A stretch of 63,737 nucleotides of DNA, counting the filler, from Choristocarpus tenellus KU-1152 (Eukaryota; Protista; Phaeophyceae), in assembly GCA_964200185.2 (NCBI GenBank). It is 10 parts of 10 records of this genome, joined end to end, with 100 filler letters (N's around TTAATTAATTAA, not from the genome) between each part and the next. Parts side by side here need not be neighbours in the genome. Positions count along the whole stretch, not along the records: positions 23,151 to 30,797 come from CAXNAD020005822.1; positions 30,898 to 36,564 come from CAXNAD020010081.1; positions 36,665 to 40,965 come from CAXNAD020015219.1; 7 more parts are not named here. One strand, written 5' to 3'. Positions 24,497 to 36,716 of this stretch are shown here, in pieces. Below the pieces are notes generated by a model. It saw only the letters and a list, made by a program, of their open reading frames with translations, made no database searches and was not told the origin of the DNA. The translations under genes were made by a program, and so were the position numbers. Positions within the stretch are counted from its first letter, which is position 1. The number at the start of each line of letters is the position of its first letter.

Positions 24497-26505
24497 CTCA
24501 AATGCTAGGAGGGAAATGGCCTCTTCAACCTCTCGCATCAGACCCGGGTCCCCCGCTCCCAGTGAGGCCAGCTGATCAGCTGCAAAGTCTAGAGCCTCCT
24601 CAAGCCTGCCCCTCCGGATCAGCTCTAGCAGGTGCTGCTTCAGGAGACAGAAGTGCAGGTCCCTGGACACGCATCATGCATCCAGATCAGGGAAAGTCGC
24701 GAGGAGGGGAGCACAACGTCAGCACTACTAGATTCACACTCCTTTGTGAGGGAGAGTGATTGTGTGTGAGTGTATGTGGGCTGTCAACTTGATGTATACG
24801 GAGTGTGTTAGCGCGTTTAACACTGGTGGTCTACTACTACAGCTGAGGAATAAACCAGCACACATCCGCGTGTGAACTTCACATTGGTGCATTACGCCCC
24901 GTGAGAAAAAAGTTGATCTAAATCAAACATGATGGAAGGTTTCAAACTAGGAATGCGCATAACTATACACAACAAACCTTATCCCTCACAAAAGACACAC
25001 ACACACATGTTACATTCCTCCACTCTTAGAGTACCATTGGTGGACATTTTCAATACTCCAAAAGATCAGACAGCAAGTGATCAAAGCTTGAGTTAAGTGG
25101 TCAAAGCAACATTACAATTTGAAGGCGACAAATTGCGGTGTATGGGTAGCATTGTATAGGGAGGTCAAGGCACTGGCCACAGCAGTTAGAAGACAAAACA
25201 AACCAACCTTCCGATATAGCTTCAGAAAGGATGCCACGAAATGCACTTGTTTTGGGAAAAGAAATATTCAGCTTGCATTGCCTCAAGTCAAGGGTGATAT
25301 GTGTGTGTAGTATAGCAGTCTCAAGTTTTGTTGAATGGCACCTGTCCCTATCCAGAACAGTCACATTCATGTCGTTCGCCATCCCCATGGCCCTTGCCAG
25401 GTCCCCCTCCATTACCGCCTGAATTCGCCATAATACGTCACAGTCACAGGGATGGATGTGAGGCAAAACCAACATACAATAGGCCAACACATAGTTGATC
25501 TGCAGTGGTCGCACTAACGTAGGCTTACAACAGCTGCCCATATACTGCACTATATGTTGTACCCAACGCATTGCACCTTTGCCGTGAGCTACGAACCTCA
25601 AACGTTCAGTGCACACCAGGGAGCGTCAGCAACACTCTTCGGCACACATAATGTTAAACATTTACGCATTAAAAACCAAAGTAACCCGAACTCATTGAGC
25701 TCAACTACCCAGGATAGATTTCCACTACATTAGTCTGTCGCAAGGTCATTGCCAGATTTCAAGAACAGGCCCAGCCCTCCCCTCTCGCCTAGGTAACACT
25801 GCCATCTCAAATCTATTTCCAACACAACCCCTTCACAGCACAAGACTGCCAGCAATCTGACAATCAAAATGCACTAGCCAAGGGATTAGTGGTCCAAGTC
25901 GAGAGAAAATTAGACACCTCAATCATCCGGGAGCTGCAAACCACTAAATAAACCCTACCTTCCTTATTTCCACTCGTTCTTCAATGGTCCGCAGATCTAT
26001 GCCGGGCTCCGTGCCAGACTCCTCTTGAAAGTGGGATGCTGCTTCTCGGTAGCCTTCGGTGACTAGATATTCCATTACCAGCTACATGGTTTCATTGGGA
26101 AAACGAAAGGTACTATGGATCGAAGAGAATGTATGTGATGTGGGGGACACTCCTCATCCCTGCTCGTAAAGCTTGACCTCCCAGATCAACCAGATGAATA
26201 CAAAGTGTGAGGTGGATGCGTGTATAACTCATTGATCATATCGATCGGATGGTAGGGCACCCTGCCAGGAATTGATCGAGAAACTCCCAACTTCTCATCC
26301 AACAGTGTTTCAGAGAAGTGTTCGAATGGGAAGAGGCTTGAAGTGCAAAATCAATTGAACTCCAACTAGCAACGACCAATCTCACCTCGTTGAGATACTC
26401 CTTCGGCACCTCGCCTCGGCGAACGGATGTATTCCAACGTCCAGGAGGGATGATTCTTCCGATAGGGAAGTTTCCATAATCTCTACCCAAAAACGACCCA
26501 TCCAT
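24497..26505 (-). CDS. GID8: GID complex subunit 8 / TWA1 (LisH-CTLH-CRA), 3' exons missing
   Basis: In-phase exons 26505-26386, 26081-25959, 25418-25342 and 24662-24497: EYLNELVMEYLVTEGYREAASHFQEESG (LisH); IEERVEIRKAVMEGD...DLHFCLLKQHLLELIR (CTLH); LEEALDFAADQLA...EVEEAISLLAFE (CRA). Confidence 0.92.
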
Positions 26506-27062
26506 CTCAGTACACCTAGAAGATTGAAGGTTGATGCAAGGTGATGGTACACACTACAAAACCACACCTTGAACTCAATCAAAGGTATACTCTGACGGGA
26601 GGGCAGGATCAAGTACGTCAAAGGACTAAAAACAGTATTACTCCAGAAAAGTGCCAGTACTCGACCCACTTCAAACCTTAATACTTCAGTTCTAGTCGTG
26701 GAGTCAGCCCTGTTTCCAAACTTCAGGGTAACTGAAGCATCATTTTCTTTTGAGATACCCACTACCTTTTCTTTCTTGGTTTTGTAATTTATTTATACTA
26801 TTATATTTTCACTAAGATCAAACGACTCAAACAAACTACTGTAAGCTGATGTACCACCAAATCCTTATATCTGTAAACTGGATATGTAGATATGTTCCCA
26901 CCATGTCATTTGTAAAAGAAAACAGATCCTATCACTGCCTCTATTCCCTCTTTGCTTGAGCACAGACAGGCTGGATAGTCCTAAAGGACACCGTGACTGG
27001 TCCCAGTGATCCCACACACTGTGGGCGCACTTCGTATTGATGAACAGAAAACTAGCAGTGTG

Positions 27063-27456
27063 TGTTAAGAATATGCTTTTTATTTTTGTGTAAAAGATCT
27101 CGTAGAAATAATAAGTTGTTGACTATGTTTCGATAACGGGATAATTGATAGGGAAGTTTTCTGTTGAGTAATCGTGAGAATATTATCCGGGTTATTATAA
27201 CACAGAGAATGAGTGACATGTTAAGTGAGTGATGATGTGTTATTTGAGTGACGCATGAAGGTGTAGCAAGTGACACAGAGAATGAGTGACGTGATATTTG
27301 AATATGAATGGTAAGGCGACAACCCCCTTTGAGCTTTGAAGTTCACTCTCCTTCCTTACACCTTCCTTCTTACTTCATGTGCAACCTGTTCTGGAAATAA
27401 GGAATTAATCGAGTCATTTACATACACAAGTCTTGGGAACACCAATTTCTTTAACA
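27063..27456. mobile_element. Candidate isolated LTR (~394 nt)
   Basis: Starts TGTTAAGAA and ends TTTCTTTAACA (inverted termini); internal direct repeat acacagagaatgagtgac. No TSD; only a poor PBS-like follower. Confidence 0.35.
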
Positions 27457-29242
27457 TGCTATTGAATGCCAGCTAAGAATAAAGAGAATGAAGACCAACC
27501 GTAAATATATATATTATTATTTGCACAACACAAGCACACAAATTCTGATACCATTAAACAACCCAACAACCTAGGCGTCTGTACTTCACACCTTCACTAA
27601 AAACGAAGGTACACCGCAGGTTCCACACCATCTGCGTCTGCCATATACCCCCTTTGTCAATGCAGTTCTTTTTTCCACACACACCAAATCTCGCACTGCT
27701 TTGAGTGCCAACTTAAGTACTCACAACAGCTCAAAATGGTGCACATGTCTGCAGGGTGTTCTCTGGGCCATCCTAATCTATCATTGCAAGGCTCTAAAAT
27801 TAGAAGGGGAGCTTCAATGCAGTTCCTCTTGAACATAGAAAACAGCATTCCGGACATAAAAAGTGGCTGATTGGTACGTGGGGCTTGTCGCAATCTAATC
27901 CAGCTTAACCGCATCTTAATCCTTAAGTAGTCCGCCTCAAATACACTGCAGCTTGAGTCCATCCCCCAATCTGTTGTCACCTGATTATCAGTCAGGTCGG
28001 GCAACACCAAGAAGTGGGGAAATATGTACGGTACTTCAAAGTAGATAAACCCTCTACAGCAGGGAATACAAAATTGCAATGCATGATGTGGAAGACTAGT
28101 CTCGCCTAGACCATAACAAATTGTCAAGCCATAGCAATGACTGTGCCTACCCCTAGACCAACTGTAAGTCATGTGACAAATAACTGCTCAAACGCAGGCT
28201 TATCAGGTAGGACACCAAGGCATATCTGTCGTTGACGTCATTTGTCACCATAGTTCATGTATTCACCAACATCTGAGATACAACGCCAACTGATCCCCAC
28301 CACGACAATTCAGTTCGTGCCCCATTATATCCATATATGATACAAGGGCGAGCAATGAACACAGAGATGTGGTGTAGCAATCAAACGTGAGTCACTGCTC
28401 ATGACAGGGGCAGGTGGGAGACCGAGACCGAGGATATTGACTTCCATTACCAGTGTTTCTCTCCGTTCTGCTACCAAGAACTTGGTCTGGTGGAGGCAAT
28501 CCAACTCTCTGCAAAAAATGTGCCCACTTTTCACGGACACCCCTTGACCACTCATTCGAGACCATCAATGATGCAATTCTACGTTTTCACTTTTTTTTTC
28601 ATTTTTATGGCTGTACACCTCCTAATACCCATCCTCCTTTCCCCCCATTCCGCTACGCCAGTGTCCACACACTACATCACTACCACAAAACACACTTGAC
28701 ATGTATCGTCCCCATTTCTGGTGATCCCAGTCTTTTTTTTGGCCGAGATCTTTACGAGACCCTCAAAGGCCAAACAAACAACTGTTCGGGGGAAGAAGAC
28801 TCTTTTCAACTTGCGCACTGGCAGTTTGAACTCAGAGTAGAATCATCGCCAATTTTGCGACCTACATCCTTTGGACTGACAGCACGGCACTTGTACACGT
28901 ACAGACCACTCTTAACGAACTTCCGCGGTGGTGTAGATAGAGTTTGACCTATCTCATCAACTTCCTCGTGGCGGATGAGGATGGGAACATCCCTTTTTTT
29001 TCTACGAGTTATGAAGGAATGATAGGGTTGTTGAATTTAAATTTTGCTGTGCTCATGATTTCTGGATTATCATTAATCATTCTTTTGTTAGCATCCCCAT
29101 AAATTCTACTCCTCCCCTATTGTAACATCACTGGTGACCAATCAGTGTGACCAACCTTTGCGTCTTATTTCCAGTCACCAACTCTATCCAATGACCAACC
29201 AGTGCGAATACCCTTCGCCACTGAATTCCAGTCACCAACCTA

Positions 29243-29368
29243 TAACAGCCGATTTCAAAAATTGAGGATATTGCAAAAAAAACATATCGACACTTTATCC
29301 CAGTCAATTTGGGGTCAAGCCGATCCTCAATGAAAAGCTCCATCCTCAATTTTTGAAATCAGCTGTTC
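29243..29368. mobile_element. MITE family D, copy 1 (~125 nt)
   Basis: ~26-nt TIRs AACAGCCGATTTCAAAAATTGAGGAT / ATCCTCAATTTTTGAAATCAGCTGTT; flanked by TA...TA; highly similar to 54311-54433. Confidence 0.85.
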
Positions 29369-30728
29369 TATGCGACCAATTTCCGCGAATCCATCCACCT
29401 TCCTCCACACCACTTCACAATCATCCAAGAACACCCCTTCATCATCCACTACAATACAGTGCCTTTGAACTAGAAGACACCTACCCTACCCGAACTTGCC
29501 TTGTTCCAGTATTGCTTGCTCTGTCCCATCAACCTCAAGTTACCTTTTGTTCTGTCCCATCTCTTCCTACCTCGAGTTCTACGTACCACCCATTTCTTTC
29601 AAATTTTCTACTACCTCCTATGCCTCATAGTCGCAGTTATGCAGTAAGGTGGTACCAGTAGCTTTGCCCTCTGTGCAGTTCTGCTTTTTTTCAATGGAAC
29701 GCCGCAAGAGATATACAACAAAACATATATCGAATGAAAGTTTATGACAAGAGTTTTTGAAGGTTTGAATGGAGGAATGTAGAAACTTCGGTGAACAGGA
29801 ATTATGTCCCGATAAAATAATGGGAAAAAAACGCGGGGGAATATCTCCGGCGCAATTTTTGAAGGTCACTACTTCAAAACTTGTAAAAACGAAGTGGTTG
29901 GCTAAACCCCTTGCAGAAAACTGGTCCGGGGTACGTCGCTGCCCAAGTTTGGCTGGTGCAGCCCTCACCGAAAAAAACCCAGAGAAAACCCCAAGATCTT
30001 CCTCTGTTTAACGCCTTTTACAGACTTTTTGTAAATACACACACACGTGACTTACACAACAACATGAACCACGACGGTGAGACAAGGAGAGTCGCCGAGG
30101 GCACTCATCCCTCTGGATCTACCCTCGGCACCTTCTCTGTCGAGAGGGGCCGGAAAAAACAAGTACCATGTAAAACTCAGTGCGATGTTAGGTGACGAGA
30201 AAGTGCGAGCAGTGTGGCGCAGCAGCATGATCAAATCGCGAAATGGACCACGCGGTCGCTGAGAGAAGATGCATTGAAAGCATCACCACACAAACGTGGT
30301 TGGATCTTCAACCACGTCGATGCACTGCTCTGCAGTCTCTGCCGCCTCGGGAAAGCAGGAAGAGAAAAGTGAGTCCATCTCCAGGTGTGGTACAGTGATG
30401 AAGTCTGTTGGGAAGCCTGGTCACGGTAGGTGAAGGGAGAACCAGAGTTGCCAGCCGACGGGGAGGTTGGGGAGGAGAGCAGTGTGACTACGTGCCATTG
30501 TGCGCAGGAAACGCCTAAGCGAAAACCCGGGTGTAGAATATCTTAGTAATCGACAGTTGCAGCAGGCCTTATCTGCTTGGAAGCTATGTGAGCCGAAGTG
30601 GCTTAGGAAACGAGGAAGTTGTTAGGGTTGGGCTACAAGGGCTCTCTATCCCGAAAGAAGGTAACCCATTTCCGGCACTCAATGAGGAAATGTGATAGTA
30701 AGGGCTCCAACACTGCGAATCCTGGAAC

Positions 30729-31010
30729 TGTTACAGGCGAGTAGCGCGAGTATTTCTTCCCGCGCTTTGACTGGCGCGAGCAGTATACGCGCGTGGGNNN
30801 NNNNNNNNNNNNNNNNNNNNNNNNNNNNNNNNNNNNNNNNNTTAATTAATTAANNNNNNNNNNNNNNNNNNNNNNNNNNNNNNNNNNNNNNNNNNNNGTA
30901 TTTCAGCGGGTTTGCGCCATACATCACTGGCCGGTGAATAACCTTGAAGGCGAAGTCGGTACAAATAATTGCGGGTGGTTTTTCTTCCCACCCCACGTTT
31001 ATGATTAACA
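30729..31010 (-). mobile_element. Candidate 3' LTR of the Gypsy element (interrupted by a gap)
   Basis: TGTTA...TAACA termini; on the minus strand it is preceded by purine-rich TAGAGGGCAT (PPT-like) just downstream of integrase. Confidence 0.5.
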
Positions 31011-31059
31011 ATGCCCTCTACATTGTAAGATCCAATAGTTGGCTGTGTCTTTGACCCCT

Positions 31060-34000
31060 GATCAAGATCCGATCCGGCCTAAAAAGAGTGAATTAAGGGC
31101 ATCTATATCTGGCTCTGTAGCTCTACCTTCCTTGAAAGGTTTAAGTCTGGCCAGATGAACTGTCACTTCCCGTCGATCTTCCAAGCGTTTTATGCGATAT
31201 ACAACAGGTGTTATATGCCTTCACTTCATAAGTTCCATCTCCATGTGGACAACAACTTGGGGTTTGGTGCATCAGTTGACGTATGTGGTTTGTGAAGCCA
31301 CACTTTATCTCCGGGTTCTTATAGTGGGAGTTTATGCTTCACGTTCTTTGATTCGTTCCTTAAAACCATCTCACCAATATTACACCGGGCTAATACATAG
31401 GCTGGCTGTAAATTCTCCACTGTTTTCATACTGCATTCTTGTGCAGTTATGGGACCCCCAAAATAAGATCAATTGGTAAAATTGGACGCCTCCCAAACAT
31501 GAGAAAAAATGGAGTTTCTTGAACAGTGGAATTATAGGCTGTATTATGTGCTAGCTGGACAAAGGGCAATAATGAGGCCCAGTCAGATTGGTCCATATTT
31601 TAATACATGGCCAGCATACCATGCACTGTAGAATGAATACGTTCACATATACTATTGCCTTGCGGTCGATATGCTGTCGTCTTGGTTATATGGCATCCAC
31701 ACACTTTAAGCAACTCAGCCAGGGGTTTATTCTCAAATTCTTTGCCCTGGTCAGAGTGGAGTGTTTCAGGAGGACCAAAGACGGAAAAAATACGGTCGAC
31801 AAGAGCTTTAGCCACGGTTTTTTCTTACTTATTTGCAATGCCAACCAAGATTGCGAATCTTGTAAGATGGTCTACAGCGGATAGCACATATTTTGCACCA
31901 TCTGAAGTGGTCTTATATTTAACTAGGTCAATAGCAAGTCGTTGAAATGGACGTGTGACAGGCATATGTCCTGTCGGTAATGGGGTTAGGGTGTGGGAGG
32001 TCTTACGCCTTTGACAGGACTGGCAAGTTTCACACCACTTCCTCACGTCTTTGTGTAAGGTTGGCCACCAAACTTTATCGCGAACCCGGTCAAAGTTGTT
32101 TTTAAAAGCAAGATGGCCGGCAACTTTATAATCATATAGGGCGTGTAAAATTAAACCCTGAACCTCTGTTGGGGCTACTAACTGATCTCGAAATTCTCCG
32201 TTTTTTCGAAGGTGACCAGGTTGATTCGACCGGTAGAGTAAGTCAATTTTCTCGTTCTTGAGTGAAAAAATATGACATGGTGTAGGCCGTTTCCTTAGTG
32301 GGTAATGCTGTATTGCTTGGGTCTGTCAGGTATTGTAAATAAGCTTCAAACTGCTCATGTTGGGCCTTGGCTAGAACTTCCGTATCAATTACAGGGAACA
32401 CATTGATGGAGCTTGCAAAGAGGTCAGAGTCATTTGCCACTTCAGTAATTTCACCTAGTCGATCCACAGACAATAATACATGGGCAGGGTATACCTTACT
32501 TGCTTGAGAACTTGCATCAGTGGTTTTTGTGCCCACATTTCCACATATAGGGATTAGGGGTGCTGGTTCAGATTCATGTTTACACAATTCTTCCAGTTGA
32601 GGACGTGACAACATATCTGGGATGTAATGTAATCTGCCAGGCTTATGAAGGACAACCTTTTCAATTCAACCAACGGTTCTGTTGCTGTTGCTAGGTGAGG
32701 AATATACTTCCTAACAAAGTTCATCGAACCTAAAAACGATTGTATGCTTTTCACAGTTTGAGGAGGATGCATATCCAATATAGCTTCAACATGAGCTTGG
32801 GATACAGCAATTTCTTGTGGGCTAACATCGTGTCCCAAATAATGGATTTGTTTTGAGCCAAATTGAGCCTTGGACGACTTTAACGTAACCCCTACATCTT
32901 GTAACAATGACAAAACTGTAGTGATCAACTGTTTATGGTGTGTCCATGATGGGGAGGCCAACACAATATCGTCTAAATATACCAACAACCCTGAGCTAGG
33001 ACCGATACTGGAAAAGGTTTCAGACATAAAGCGTTGGAAGATCCACGGTGCATTTTGTACTCCAAATGGTAACCTCTGAAACTCGTATTTCCAATCCGGC
33101 GTGATGAAGGCAGTTTTTTGTCGATCGCATTCATCAGTTATCGGTAGTTGCCAGTAGGCTGATTGAATATAAAAAGAAGATAAATATTTTGAAACCCCCA
33201 ACGTGGATAAGCACTCATCCATGGATGGTAGAGGCCATGAATCACGTATCAAATGTTTATTTATGGTTCCTCAAAAATCCACACAGAATCGAGGTGATCC
33301 ATCAGGTTTGGCAACAATGGTAACAGGGAATGTCCATGGGCTAGATGAGGGTTTTATAATACCCTGTTTCTCCATATCAGCTACAAATTATCGAATAGTG
33401 TCGCCTATTTTTGGTGCCGCGTGATGCAGTGGTCTACTAACCGGTATAGTGCCTGGTTGTAGTGGAAACTCAACAGAAGTAGTGGTGCAGCAACTCAATT
33501 CTTTTTCGGACAATGAAAAGACTGGTCTGAATTTAGCCACTATATCTAGTCATTCCTCTTGTTCAGACAGTGTCAGTTGAGTATTTGCAAAAGCCTTCTT
33601 AGAAAAAAACAACTTCAATTCCTCCCTAGCTTGTTCCAATTTTTCGGGGGTAGATGGTGTGGCTGCAACTGCACTTATTGTGGTATCTGACAGGGTATAT
33701 GTTCTTGAAACAGGGGAAACATGACCAACTACAAATTTTGCAGGTAACTTGATCCCTTTTTGTGACAGATTGTCATTTTTGACCAGACATCTCCCATCTT
33801 CTTCCCTAACAGTGAGGGTTTGACTCACCATTATGTGTTGCCAGTGGGGATGTATGTCGTCCTCATGCTGGAGGTCTGTGCCAGTGTAAATGATAGGTTC
33901 CACCACTGCATTGGTAGCTGTTCCCCGAAGTGCCTGAGAACAAACTGGAACAAGCGTTTCCATACCAGGGGGAAGGAATATCTTTTTTACTGTGTGCACT

Positions 34001-35552
34001 GGTGTAGAAAATTCAGATGTGATTACTGAAATCGAAAAATGAGATACATTTTCAGTCTGGCAAAATCTTTTGGGGGGGAACAGATGGGAAGGAGTACGAT
34101 TTTGTGTTTTGCTAGTATGCATTGATCACTGTCTTTAAGCGACATCTCCTCTCTATCCCAATTTAGCACTGCCCCAAATGTCGACATAATGCTGTTATCC
34201 AACAAAATTTTATCTACTCCCAGATTAGGTAGGACCACTGCTTGGACAGGCATTGATATATCACCAAGTTGTAGTGTAAATTGAATGAAACCAGTTACAG
34301 AGAGAGGTCTACCGCCTGCTGGAATCTTCCGAATGGATGCCTTGCAAAGTGTTGGGTGGGCTTCAATGTATCTGAGAGATATTACTGGAATGTCGGTAGC
34401 AGTATCAACAGTAATGCTCATTAAAGGTTCATTTTCAACACACCCAGGAATTCTTACGCGGCGAGATGACATATTGAGCACGCGAGGGGAGTTAGGATAG
34501 TGCTGGATTGCTGATGTGTGCCAACAGTGTGAAAAAGTGGAACAAATCATTTGAGGTGTAAAATGACATGTCACCCACGCCCAAAACCGGTCGTGGGGAA
34601 AAAGAAAGAGCAGATGCAACAGTTGTTACATGTCCTGCTTGTGGCAACGTTTGGTGTGGTGACCTTGAGTATTAATCGTTTTGGGTCTTATTTGCTCTCT
34701 CCCCCATCTGAGTCTGCCCAAGACACTAAGTCTCTAGATTTCTTTGACTTCCTAACCCTATAGGTTCTAGGTAAACAAAATCAGCAGGGCATCTCTATAT
34801 TCTCTCATTTCTCACTCTCTCTCCTCCTGTGGTTCTATGTTACCCTGCAGGGGTTTATTGGAGGAATAATATAGATTTCTGACAGGCAGTACCTGTTTTG
34901 ATCACCAATAAAAGCCGACAAATTGAACGCTTTTTGTGGTTGTTGTAGATACTCATGAGGGAAAGGTCTACCCCATTTTTGAAATTTGGCAACAAGGGAA
35001 TAGGACAAAGCCTGTGCTCCAGAACTCATGGGGTAGGTCTTTGTGAATAGATGTATCATGATCAAGGATCAAGTACCTAGCCCCAGTGAATATGGTCGAG
35101 GTAGGGTAGGACAATATACTCATCTTCATATTTAAAATTTGCATGGCCGCTGCCACCAAACCTTGGTCATGCGAAGTCCCCTCCATCGCCTCATCAACAA
35201 TCTTCTTGGCGTAGAAGAGTTGACGATTCATCGTCGCCACCGCACCGTGTTCGCCTTTTTCCTCGTGATCTTCTGACAACACGCTGAACCGGTTCAGGCC
35301 CGAATTACGGGCAGAGCCTTCCCTCAGCCTCTGCTCCGCCATCCCTTCCTGCTCTAGCAAGCCACCAGGGGTGCCTTTGTCTACCAATGTAGACGCGGGA
35401 ATCGGTCGAGGTTGGGCATTAATGGTACCCCCCTCATCACCTCCATCAGTTGTCGTGCTTAAGGTTGCCTTCTTCCCTTTCCTTGTAGCCGACTTCTCCT
35501 TGCTGTTGGCATTAGATGTGGCAGTAGGTGCGGGAGTGGTAATGTCAGACAT
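31060..35552 (-). mobile_element. Decayed Ty3/Gypsy LTR retrotransposon gag-pol
   Basis: Order gag - PR (ITVDTATD) - RT (KTAFITP, LPFGVQNAP, YLDDIV) - truncated RNase H - integrase (WWPTLHKDVRKWCETCQSCQ; FQRLAIDL; LHSDQGKEF; AYRPQGNSICER; VHLARLK). Many stops and frameshifts. Confidence 0.95.
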
Positions 35553-35584
35553 AATGTGGCGTGAGTTAGCCCCCTTGAACACTA

Positions 35585-36005
35585 GGCGTGAGCACCACTG
35601 TGGAAGAGTCAAAGTAGCCAAGTTCTCTGCTCAAGGGGGCAATCACAATCACCGGACTGAAACTCCTTCACCTCAGAGGGTGAGACCGAGTTTCAAAGGT
35701 CTTGGCTCAACATCTCAGAACAGATGAGGAAATCCACCACAGACCAAAACCTTGAAACGAAACAGATGTTCCCCAATGACTGAGCAACGTCACAGCAAAG
35801 AAATGGATCGGTCAGAATCGGAATGGTTCTTCGTTCTGATAGTTCATTTTTGGTGTTTGGTCAAATCCGAATCTTATGGGTGTGGTTGGTTTATTGGACT
35901 GGTCAGTATGGATGAGCACAAATCACGTGTATATGACCGCGCGTCATATGCACAGTGTGTGTGTCGGTCCCTGAAATATAATATATGTGTGTGTATACCA
36001 TGACA
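35585..36005 (-). mobile_element. Candidate 5' LTR (35599-36005) and primer-binding site
   Basis: Minus strand TGTCA...TTCCACA, then g-TGGTGCTCACGCC (PBS-like), with the gag ATG (35552) ~45 nt later. Confidence 0.4.
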
Positions 36006-36664
36006 TACATAGATGCTGTCATCGTTATCATACCGTACAATGTTAGGTTGTCATGTAGTAGAACGACCGTACAATTATGGGCATTATATAATCTAGGTGT
36101 GAACCTTGAACAACAAACAAAAAATGTACATTTTGATGTGGGTTATATGTTGGAATAATGAGCGAATTTTACCTCCTCTCGTTTCCATTCGTCACAAAGG
36201 ATGTGTGGCCGCTCATGCAATCCGATGAATAACCTCAACCTACTCGTTCATTCTATCCACGCCCTCTTAGATACTACAGTTCCTCGTCAACAACAAAAAA
36301 AGGGGAAGCTTATTATGAAGTAATCTGAGTTTTGCGAGCGGGAGAATTCTGGAAGGAACGGTATATATAGGGAACAGAGTTTTGATTAGGGTAAGAATGG
36401 AAAAGGCGTACTATCTGTGCTTGTTATGTGATAGAATTAAGAGGTGATGGAGGAAGGCGACGACGACATACGAGACAGGCAAGGGCAAGGACCGAATATA
36501 GATGGAGGAATTAACCCAGCTCCAGGAATAGATACCCAGGTTTCGATTTCGCAGAATGGAGAAGNNNNNNNNNNNNNNNNNNNNNNNNNNNNNNNNNNNN
36601 NNNNNNNNTTAATTAATTAANNNNNNNNNNNNNNNNNNNNNNNNNNNNNNNNNNNNNNNNNNNN

Positions 36665-36716
36665 GAAACAGACACCCCCTCACGAACCCCCCCCCCCCCT
36701 CCAGATACTTTGACCC
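36665..36716. mobile_element. MITE family C-like right end after gap
   Basis: (C)n tccagatactttgaccc. Confidence 0.65.

Noticed and set aside
16162-26505. NAA38 + CDK + GID8 as a functional N-degron/proteostasis gene cluster
   Set aside because: They are ordinary housekeeping genes separated by two gaps; nothing supports clustering beyond chance.
27600-28560. Minus-strand ORFs as Copia RT/RNase H or piggyBac remnants
   Set aside because: Only vague Cys pairs and a GGDQ word; no diagnostic motif could be aligned.
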